Assembly (NCBI GenBank): GCA_043228905.1
Contig: JBHGNT010000013.1
Location: 19,592,001-19,656,000 of the forward strand
Direction: 5' to 3'
Source of the DNA: Azolla caroliniana
Lineage: Eukaryota > Plantae > Polypodiophyta
Length of the DNA: 64,000 nt
Shown here: positions 53,677 to 64,000 of the stretch, piece after piece
Layout: each line of letters begins with the position of its first letter
How positions within the stretch are numbered: position 1 is the first letter of the stretch
Notes under the pieces: model-generated
The model's database searches: none
What the model saw: only the letters and a program-made list of their open reading frames with translations
Told to the model about the DNA's origin: nothing
Translations under genes and position numbers: made by a program

Positions 53677-53785
53677 AGTATAAAATATTTAAATAGAGGT
53701 TTGGTAATAAGCAAATTATATATGTACTAATTTAGTACATATATAATTTGCTTATTACCAAACCTCTATTTAAATATTTTATACT
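53677..53785. repeat. Perfect 109-bp palindrome (54-bp arms, 1-nt centre at 53731)
   Basis: AGTATAAAA...ATGTACTAA-T-TTAGTACAT...TTTTATACT, checked base by base. Confidence 0.95.
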
Positions 53786-54003
53786 TATTTTCACTTGTAT
53801 TTAAATATTGAATACTTATTATTATTTATAGTAAAGTGTATTTCTTAAGTTAAATATCATTTTTTATATGAAGATGAATTTTTTATATATATTATTATTC
53901 ATATATACGATATATGTAAGCTTAAAGATCTATGTTTATTGTTGTGGAGCTAACTCTTGTATGCCTTTTGAGTCAATTTGATAGTATAAAATAAGCTTGA
54001 AAA

Positions 54004-56706
54004 ATGAGCCCTAACTCACCATTTTCTGTGGATGAATACCCGTTGTCCACAAATTCTCCTTTCTCGGTGGAGGAATATTGTATAGCTTTATCGAATATCA
54101 AGACTCCACAAAGTATGCCACTAAGTCATGAGTTCTCTATTAATGAGTATGATCCCAATGAGGAATTGACAAATGCAAGGAATGCATTTCAAAGTTCGAC
54201 AAGTGTTTCAAGTGGTAGACAAACAAAACAATCTTGCGCAAGATGAGACACCAATTACCGACATACAGGAGATCAAGTCAGTAAGCCCTTTGTATTTTAG
54301 GAGGGTTGCACATCGTATAAGTCATGATAGATTTGCTCTAGTGACATCTGAGAATCAACTTACCTTAAATGTTAACAAGGTATGCTGTGCTTGTGGGTGT
54401 ATGTCAAGGATTGGAAAGGACAACTTGCAGTCGTTGCGGCATTACTATTTTTCTGTAACTAGTGATGAACAAGAAACTTATCCTATGACACACTTACAGA
54501 TGGTATCAAACAAAACATCAAACATCTCGATCTCCTACTATTTTTTCTTCACGGCGCAACAATGTTGTAGAGTAGCGTTCAAGATTGCACTATGTGTTAG
54601 CAACATGTGATTACATAGAGTGCAACTACAAGTTTTGAATGGTGATCCTAATAGTGAAACTAAGAATGTGCCAAGTATGAAGGGTGCATTAGGAAGAAAT
54701 GTGATCAGTTGGATGAAGACATACTTTAAGCTTCATTGTGAGGTAATGCCAAATACTGGTAGGTTGCATCTCTTTGATAATTACACACGTCGAGAAGTTT
54801 ACAATTCCTATAGATTGGAGATGTGTACATTAAGCGATAAGTATGTCCAATGTCACATACAATCAATTCACAAGATTGTGGACATCGCGATAAGTAATGT
54901 TATTATACCTTGAAAAGTATGCATGGGGTATTGTTCAATATGTGCAAACCTTAAGAGTGTCGCTAAAGGGGTGAAGACAACAATGGAGAAGGACATCAAT
55001 AAGAAATTGTTACAAGACCATCGAGAAGCCCAAGCACTACAGCGAAAGAGAGCTATGCACCATAGGGACAAGTCAATGAACAAACCGGAGCAATATATGT
55101 GTCTAATGATAGATGGAATGTACCAAAAAAAGACGAGTCAACTTCACCTTAGAAGGCTTCCTAAAGACGTCAATGATGAATGTCTCGTTCAGATGCACTT
55201 GGTGGGTTGTTTGGCTTATAATGGGACTACTAAACCTCACATCTTCGTTACTTACCCAAATGTTCACAATGACCCTAATTTAATAGTCACTGTGATTCAA
55301 AGGGTTTTGATGTCTTCAGGGTAGCCCTTGCCACCAGTTTTGTATATTCAATTGGACAATACTGCTCGGGAGAACAAGAATTCAACAGTTTTCGGTTATT
55401 TGAGTATGTTGGTGAACCAAGGAGTCTTTAGAAAAGTGAAAATTAACTTTCTATTGGTTGGTCACACCCATGACCATATCAATCAGATGTTCAACACTTT
55501 CTCTAGGCAGTTGTCACGATATGATGCTTTCATCTTACCTAAGCTATTTGAGATCGTTTGTGATGCATATACGCCACGTCCAGATGTGCAACACTTGAAG
55601 GAGATATATGACTTCAAGAGATACATCTCAGATGGTGGGGAGCGAAATGCCAAAGTTTTAGCTGCATTAAATAATATAAGCTTCAATCACGTTTTCCAGA
55701 TAATGAAAATGAACTTAGTGGTTGTATGTTGTTAGTATTCATCTGGCCCCCGATGGGAGCCACAAGGCGGATGCGAGTTTCTACTTCATATGCCTTCTAC
55801 TACTGTTTATGGTGCAAAACAAATGTCGATTAAGACTAAAAAGGTAGTGCATAATGAGTTGGTTGATCATCATAAGGACTTTTAAATGCAAGCCTAACAA
55901 GACAAACGCAAGCACATTGATAATTGAAAGAAGTATGTTGGTGAACAAGATACGTCATGGTGGGATGTGTTCTTTAAAGATCAAGAAGAAATTGTTGATA
56001 ATTGTATCCTCAGTACCTGGACCGTGCAAATCCCCTTTACATGGTCTATAGAGAACTCTCATGATTCTCAAACTCCTCTTCTTGCACTTAATGTGATTAA
56101 TGACAGCTTGCTCCATCCACAACAAAGAGACATTTATGTTGGACCAAGGATGACAAAAACAACTGAAGCTAGGTGGCAAGGAAACTTGCAAGAACTCAAG
56201 GTGGGGATGTTAAGTCCTACGCCTGCTGATGATAATGAGTTGGGGCACCAATTTTGGATTGGTAAGGTTTTGGATGTGGTGATGCATGATAAACAAAATC
56301 AAATGCATACTATAAAGGTGCATTGGTACAACACTAGAAGCAAAAATGCATTTACAGGCAAGTATGCGTTAGAGATGATGGAATGTCCAAGGTCAAGGGG
56401 AAATAGAAAGAGGAAAAGAAACATTCATAACACGTCATGCCTTGACATTAGTGAGGTGGATATTATTGTTTACGACTTTACACTAACAAAACGGTATGTT
56501 TGAGGAAGTCAATGATAGATATAATAAAGGAGAAATTACCGATTCTACAAGGGGTCTCAAGTTGAAGGCGAACAAGATCGTCAACACATAATTTGGAATC
56601 ACACCATCTGGTTTTAGATGAAGACAATACTTTAATAAGTACATCTGAAGATGACGAGCAACAATCAGCCTTGTATATTACTTATAGTAACGATTCTAGA
56701 TCATGA
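54004..56706 (+). pseudogene. Decayed Sola-like/DUF7869-type DDD transposase
   Basis: Consecutive broken ORFs give CCACGC, CCRVAF, SWMKTYF..HCEVMP, MGYCSIC, DHREAQ, MCLMIDGM(Y)QKKT, LPPVLYIQLDNTARENKN, FLLVGHTHDHI(N)QMF..FSR and a C-terminal FWIGKV...IKVHWY...DFTLTK. The superfamily name is from memory of motifs. Confidence 0.8.
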
Positions 56707-58189
56707 AAGGAGTGATTTCTATAAATCCTAAACTCTTGAATGTAGTTGGGTATCAAATTTTAATAAAACCACAGTTTGTAATACTCAAATGACATAAAGG
56801 TTATGTTTTGAAATATATCGCTTTGTATGAAGATTGTTTGTTATAAAATTCATTACTTGTTATTTTTCCAAGAAAATAAACTTTGTAACTTTTGGATTAG
56901 AGCCTAAATTAGACGACTTTCCAACAAGTTTATGAAATGGTGGATTTTTAAGCTTTTCCAACCAATTTTTGAGAAGGTGCAATACTAGTATCATTGTGTT
57001 TTGTGAAATGGGTATATAAACCCCAAAATCAAACGGAATATTCCTTATCCTTCCATTTCTGCGCGATCCTTCCACTTGTGAACACGAACGTGTTAGTTGC
57101 ATTACTCATCGATATTGCTTTTTTAGAGATAGTTACAAGGATGACTCATGCACCAATTTTGAGTCTACAATAACTTTTTCAAAGACCTCAAAACTTAAGG
57201 ATGAAGAAAAGTGTTACCAACAATTATTGCAAAAGAGTGATTTTGATTTTTCTAATTAGCAACTAACCCTAATCACTCAACTGCACAAGTATATGGGAGT
57301 AAGGGAGAGACATAGAGCTCTAACTTAGGTTAAAGTTCAAAGAAAAACTAAGAGATCAAGAAGAAGTTAAAAGGTCACTAAATTGATTGTTACAACTCTC
57401 TCTCTCTTTTTCCATATTACAACTCTTTTTCGTCCCCTTTCACATTGGGGTGGTATACATATCATATTAATGATAAGAAAACTAATAAGAGATTAAGGTT
57501 GTTTAACCACACCGTAGATCGAGTGAAGGATATGAGACAAACATAAAATGCCATCGGTGTCCAATACCACTGAATATTACCCCATGTTATACCTTGGATG
57601 TTCAACTAAGAGAGCTTAGCCTCACTAATAGTCTCGATAACATCTCAATATATCATAATGAAGGGGTGGCTACTTCCCTTTATATAGCTCAACATTTAGG
57701 TTGTGTAATCTCTTACATCCTTAATCTCCACAATTTAGCTTATTGTATCCCTTTGAGGTTTTAGTAGAATTTGGTGTATCTTCCTGAGCTTAAGTGGATG
57801 TGTGTAGCCTGTAGGCTAACGGTTGAGGAATGCAAGATTTGGTTGGCAACATTCTAGTATGATTTTTTAACACTTTGCAAGTTAAGTTACAAGTTATTAA
57901 GCATCTAAGTTATGTCTATTAGAGTCACATTTCACCAACTTAGTGTTTGCATTAGGTTAAGGTTTATCATAGTCATTAAGAGAATTAGGTAGCAAATGTT
58001 ACATAGTTACTATGTTAAAAAATGGATTGGCACCCACTCATTGCCCTCTTTAGCATAAAAAGGAGTGCACCTATTTACCCATTACCAACAATGATCTAAC
58101 ATGGAAGAAAACCATTAATTCTAAGTCACAAAAAATTTCCACAATGATCATCCTCAAGATTTCAAATTAGCCTCAGGTAAGGCTTTTCA

Positions 58190-58690
58190 TGATTCAAATG
58201 TTGCCTAATGGGAGGTTGTCATGCAAACACAAATGGATGCTCTAAATTGGAATAAGACTTGGACCTTAGTTCCACATCCCATGGTTTGTAACATTATTTC
58301 CAACCTATGGGTCCTAGAAAGCTAACACCCATGGCATTGTGATATGATTTAAGGCATGTGTTGTTGCTAGAGGATTTTCACAAATTACTAGCATCGATTT
58401 TTAAGATATGTTTGTATCTACTTTAACAATGGTGCTTCTACATGCAATGTTCTTTATTTTTGCCAACCTTAACCTAGAACTCCCTCACCCCAACATCAAG
58501 GTCCCATTTTTCTATATGGAGATTTGAATGAAGAGATTTACATGGAGTAGCAAGCTCATTTTGTAGATTTGCAATTACTTGACCATGTATACAAACTTCA
58601 AAAATACTTTTATAGTTTAAAACAATCCTCATGCATGTGCATGCACTACAAATTTTATTTTTACCTTATTTCCATTTTCTACAATTGTCT
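58190..58690 (+). mobile_element. Highly degenerate copia RT fragment
   Basis: MQTQMDALNWNKTWTLVP, FKACVVARGFSQ, GDLNEEIYME and YSLKQS remnants. Confidence 0.7.
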
Positions 58691-60779
58691 TTTAGAAAAG
58701 TTGTTACCTACATAAACATAACTAATCATGAGATAGGTTTTTTGTAATTTTCCTAATGTTTTGATGAGTATGCACTACGAGTTAATCTTGAAAAGAATAT
58801 AAGGGAATGAATTGAATATTGCAATTCTACAGTATGAGATAAAATGTTAAGTGTGTTATCGCTTGACCACTTCACGTGAAATAGGCAAGTGTGTGAATAC
58901 ACTAGGGCCTAGGGTTTTTGCTTATATACAAGGCATAACAACCACCTTCTTATTGGGAGGCTTGACCTATGTCAAGACTATGTCGGTGGGGCGATAGTTC
59001 TTGTTAACTAACACATGCGAACCTCGCAAAATCCGAGGTACAACCCACATCAACACTTGGTGCTACGATATATATAAGGATATTTGAGTTTGTCTCATGA
59101 TGTGGCTATGGGTGGTCTAACTCCCCGCTTTCATCATTTCTTTGGTCTATCTTTCCTTATATTATGTTTAATTATTAATTAGCCTCTAAACAAGATTCAA
59201 ATATCTACATTCACAAGGAAGGCATTATCCATGATTTACCAATTAATGTCTCCAATTCCATTACTACAATGTAGAAAGCAATGAACCAATTAAAGGAGAA
59301 ATTCACACTCTTAACTTTACACGACCAAAGTTAGGGTAGATGATATTCTTTAAAAGTTTGGGATGGTTGATTGGAAGACAATTTGAACCCTATGACAATT
59401 CCTTGCAAACTTTCTGGACTATTGTAGTTTGCAGCCTGATTTTAGTCTAAGGTGAATAAATCATGCAATCTAAGGCAATATAAGATATCTAGTGATGTGC
59501 ACTTGCATTGACCTTTCTAATCATGTATGTTTCCTTTCCAATTGGTTTATGCAAAATCCTAGATATGCAAGCTCTTAAACATGTCCTATCTACAAGATAC
59601 CAAGGACATGGATCGAAGCTTCCAAACCTAGAATTCGTCACAATATAGATGGCATCAACTTCTGGTGGGGATGACAACCCATATGTGTTCATGGAGGAAG
59701 GTGTGGACGTGAGGGGAGAGGTGATTATTTGAGGTTGGGATCCTTGGGGGAAGGGAGGACGGGTGGAGTTGGAAAAACTAGTTCAGCTTTAGATGGCTAG
59801 AATCCTCTATCATTTCTAGTAGGGTTGGAGAAACGTTTGAATTAGGATGTAAAGAATATCGGTTCAATACCACCTTGTTGAAAGTTTGAGCACTTGTCAA
59901 AGTTATGGACCCGCATACCACCTAACATCATGAGTGTTTCTTTGTCAATTTCTTTCCATACTACCCATTTCTTGCTATCTTTTTTCGTGTAAATTTCAAC
60001 AAAAGATTCATAAGCAAATGTCTCTTCTCATACTCATGTACACTTCAGGAAGAAGCAACACAACACATAGCCATATGTTATCTCTGCTAACAAATTGCCT
60101 AATGAGATAAACACCTTTCACCACCTCTAATATTGTGACTGCATGTTCTCTCTGCAAACGTGTTCTCCCTCGAGAGACGATGGCAGTGGATCACACCACC
60201 ACTAAAATGCGTACTATATCATACTCCAACCATACAATTTATCAGTTCTAACTTGAAATAAGACCATTTCTTGCTGTCCAAATTAGGAACCTTAATATTG
60301 TATGCCAATAATCTCAAACATTGCTGCATATGATCAAATTATGTAATCTAACACACCAACACAACAAGTGGATTTTTAATGCAAGAGTGTTGTTATTGTT
60401 ATTGGCAATGTTATAGCACTTTTGAATTTTATTTATTTATTTATAGTTAAAGATACATACATGCACACGTTGGAACCTAGTTATATAAACATTAATGTTA
60501 CTCGTTTGCATGTGAAGTTCTCTTAGAAACCTTTCTAAAGTAAAAGTTACCTACATTGATGGAATAAAACAATATAAGGGTGTATGGTATAACATGCAGT
60601 CTTGCAATGAGATAATTATTGTCCACTAGCATCTGCAGTATGGATTGGCACTAGTTTGTGTGTGTATATATGTCTCATACATACCCATTATTTCTCCCCG
60701 GATTTGCCACATGGTTTCTTACCTGCCTCCTCGCTAGCTAGCTCATATACATAATTTAACAGGTAATTTAGAGTAACTT

Positions 60780-60920
60780 AAAGAGAAACCATCAAATTGA
60801 CACTTTATTTGAGAAGAAAAACCATAAATTTGACACATTATTCCAAAAGAAAAAACATAAAAATTGACACGTTATTTCAAAAGAGAAAACCCATAAATTT
60901 GAGACATATTATTCCAAAGA
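60780..60920. repeat. Degenerate ~38-bp tandem repeat (3-4 copies)
   Basis: AAAACCATAAATTTGACACATTATTCCAAAAGA-like units. Confidence 0.65.
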
Positions 60921-61045
60921 AACAACCAATTTGATTGTGGTTACGTACCTACAGGACCCATTTGTTGTTGATCTGTGACACATGAACCGACTGATATGTA
61001 TGACGAGGAAGGAGGAGGAGACGGGATGGGAATTCGGAAAGCCAT

Positions 61046-61179
61046 AGCAGGCAGGTACACCGTCTTGACAGAGGTAATGCAGAGAGAGAGAGAGAAAGCC
61101 GCATGAATCATATGATCGGTTGGTTATATATATATGTGGGATGATGAGATAGATGGTCAGGCATGTGATATGATCGGTC

Positions 61180-61222
<43 letters not shown>

Positions 61223-61293
61223 GATGCCATCAGTGTATTAGTTATTTGTGGCAAATCTGCATTACCTTTGCCAAGACTGTGCATCTGCGTGCT
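61046..61293. ncRNA. Candidate MIRNA precursor hairpin, probably on a spliced minus-strand non-coding transcript
   Basis: 38-bp arms at 61046-61083 and 61256-61293 are reverse-complementary at 32/38 positions, with two of the mismatches able to form G:U pairs. The loop is ~170 nt and low-complexity. TATA-like tract at ~61460 and minus-strand donors GTACGT (~60949) and GTAAGA (~60724). Confidence 0.5.
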
Positions 61294-61854
61294 CCCCGCA
61301 TGATGAACGAATGAATGAATGAATGGATTGCAGGTAATAATCATGGAAGGGATGGATGGAGGTAAACGTACTTAAGGCCTCAGTCTGTCTGGTTCGCTAA
61401 TGCTACCTCATGATAAGCAGCATATGAATAGGTATATGAATGCATATGCAGACATCTATCTATATATATACATATAGATGCATAAAAAAGGCAGCATAAG
61501 CAAAAAGGTACCCACGAGGTACCCACATTCCTTCCCACCGATCAGCACGCTCTCGTGTTTTTTGTTCTGCTCTGATTCTTGGCTTTTCGTCAAGACAGGC
61601 CCACGTGCTCCTCCATCCCCTCATCTCGCTCCTCCACTCAAAATGAATTACTGTACTCTCGCTGTCCACGAATCTCTGCAATTCCACAAAAAAAAAAATG
61701 AAAAGAAGCTCAGTTAAGACAGATTTCTTGAGCAAGGTATCCTCATCCTTGATTATGGACCACAATTGGTTGATCATATTAACATTTCGTTGATCGTTGC
61801 CCCAATTTTGTGGCCTACCATAGCTAGTTGTTACTTACGGATTTTCCATCACGA

Positions 61855-62190
61855 GTACACTGCGAGGAATTAATCTCCACAAATGATTGATTAAGCATTT
61901 TCGTCTGCCCTTGTAACTTTTACACTGAGAGGAAATTAATGTCCACGAATGATTGATTAAGCATTTTCGTCTGTCCTTGTAACTTTTACACTGAGAGGAA
62001 TTCATCTCCACGAAAGATTGATTACTTAGCATTTTCCGTCTGTCTTTGTAACTTTTACAGCGAGAGGAATTCATCTCCACGAATGATTGATTACTTGGCA
62101 TTTTCGTCTGCATTTGTAACTTTTACACTGAGAGAAATTCATTTCCACGAATGATTGATTGAGCATTTTCGTCTGCCTTTTGTAACTTTT
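61855..62190. repeat. ~61-63 bp minisatellite, about 5 copies
   Basis: GAGGAATTCATCTCCACGAATGATTGATTAAGCATTTTCGTCTG..TTGTAACTTTTACACT units. Confidence 0.9.
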
Positions 62191-63104
62191 GAGGGATTTA
62201 TTATGGTGGAAAATTGATGAGTGAGGCATTCATAAAAGCTATAAAGATTAACTTAAAGAGACAAAGCATTTTAATTAAAGAGAAGCCTGTATTTTCTTGT
62301 CTAGAATAAAATATGTTAAAGTAATTGACACGAGTATTCTACTACATTTTAAAACTCCATACATATATTTAACGTATTATAACTCATAGGTATTCCACAT
62401 ATTTAACATTTATTTATTTATTTTTTCCCAATTATTTAACAATTATTTTACGGCTCCTAAGTATGAAATTAAAAAATTTATTGTAGTAATTATCATCCAA
62501 CTACTTTAATTACGGATTCTATTGGCGTAGAAGTGCATTGTATGAAATTAGTTACCCATTGGACATTTAATCCTAGTTTTAATCAATTAGAGAACATTTT
62601 CTAATAGTAGTTTGCATTAAACTAATTAAAAATCAATTATTTACGACGAGGATCCATTCGGAATTGACTAATCAATGGTGACTAAAAATCGCAGAATAAT
62701 TAATTATGGAACTAGAGTACCGTAGAAGAATTTTCCATTGCTCACTAGCAAGGATCGAGTGTTTAACTAGAATTTCCCATTGCAATAATTTGGTAGAATT
62801 AACCATAAGAAACAATAGATTCTATGGTTGATTAGAGACATCAACATTGGTCTAATTTAATAAGAGTTGATTAAATGGATTAATCACCGAAAATAACAAC
62901 CCGTGGGATTTTCATTCAAGTCATTGCCAATGGGATTAATTGTAGTGACAAGTGTGACTAAGGCACGAGCACATACACCATGGAATTTTAATTCAAGTCC
63001 ATTGCCTATGGTATTAATTGCAGTGACAAGTGTGACTAAGTTTCGAGCACATGTATGTTTATATCCGCATCACGAACCCACGAGCGTGCCCTCGCGCGCG
63101 CGCG

Positions 63105-63143
<39 letters not shown>

Positions 63144-63786
63144 TTGTAAGGTTTATTTTATGTGCACAAATGTTATTTAAAGGGTTACCCCCCAATATTC
63201 TAGAGAGAATTGATAAGTGTAATACGGTCTAATATTTCTAATCTAGAATATGGCTCATAGACCAAATGTATAATTTAGGGGGAATTATTGTTTACTAAAT
63301 GGTAATGGCTAGTAACAATGGGCTTGTAATGTCAAAGGGACCCCCCCCCCCCACCTTTCATGTTTCAAACATGTATAAAAAAGGGCAAGAGCTCTCATGT
63401 AAAAGGAACCTTTTGGTGCCTCAAATTTGGGGTTAACTCTCATTAAGAGACACTTTCCTCCACAGAACAAATTGCTTGAGATATACATATTGTTTGGCAA
63501 CAATTATCTATTTAGTTGAGACAACTTATATGTTTTCTTAGGGGTAACTTTCAATTATAGGAACTTATGAACCTAAGTATTTAGGTAGTATGTACTATGA
63601 ATGTCTAATGTTATTTATTTCTAAGGGATTTGGTTTATGTTTGAGAGAGAGAGAGAGAGAGAGAGAGATTCTATTATCATCTTCGGAGATCAAATATGAC
63701 ATATGAGACCAAAAAATATTACATTTCATATGATACATGTAAAAGTTAATAGCAACTCTCGATGTTCAAGAGCTTTACCGATGAAT

Positions 63787-64000
63787 TTGTTTAGGGCAAA
63801 GTCTGCATAGTTTATCACTCTCATCATGTGTGCTTCAACGCCTTGTCTCACATTGCAATGCATATGAGGTAAGTCACATGAAAGCAATGGTTTGAATGGC
63901 AGACAATGGGATGGACTCTAACATGTATTTCCCCGTTCCACGAAGAATATGGTTTTGTACTTAGGTGCAGCATGTGTAGTAAAATGTGTGATGCGTGAGC
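63787..64000 (+). repeat. Dispersed repeat, second copy of ~3765-3976
   Basis: Shared blocks TTGTTTAGGGCAAAGT, CAACGCCTTGTCTCACA, AATATGGTTTTGTA and CATGTGTAGTA. Confidence 0.7.

Larger units (their letters stand above)
44199..57094. mobile_element. Large TIR DNA transposon (Sola-like/DUF7869-type) carrying a ParB-like/DNA amino-methyltransferase gene
   Basis: Left TIR AACACGTTCGCGTTCACAAGTGGAAGGAT (44199-44227). Right TIR ATCCTTCCACTTGTGAACACGAACGTGTT (57066-57094), 28/29 identical. 4-bp TSD AGTT (44195-44198 and 57095-57098). Encloses two divergent decayed genes and two nested TEs. Confidence 0.88.

Noticed and set aside
61108-61344. Poly-His ORF on the minus strand
   Set aside because: It arises from the (GAT)n microsatellite in the hairpin loop, with no protein-like context.

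Overview
Eukaryotic nuclear DNA from a land plant. It is probably a fern or another spore-bearing vascular plant, inferred from the TE-filled introns and an unedited cox1 NUMT carrying a group I intron. There are two host genes: the 3' part of a phospholipid:sterol acyltransferase (PSAT1-like, <1-16258) and an At3g58050/At2g41960-like conserved unknown gene (23597-33908). The rest is mostly copia, solo-LTR, LINE and hAT elements. The standout is a ~12.9 kb TIR DNA transposon (44199-57094; 29-35 bp TIRs, 4-bp AGTT TSD). It carries a decayed Sola-like/DUF7869-type DDD transposase and, divergently, an intron-containing gene fusing a ParB-like domain to a bacterial-type beta-class N6/N4 DNA amino-methyltransferase. 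Between the two genes lie seven helically phased 23-bp palindromes. Other notable items are a 109-bp hairpin-type footprint at a nested hAT end and a candidate MIRNA hairpin near 61.0-61.3 kb. All protein family calls come from motif recognition by eye, not from database searches.
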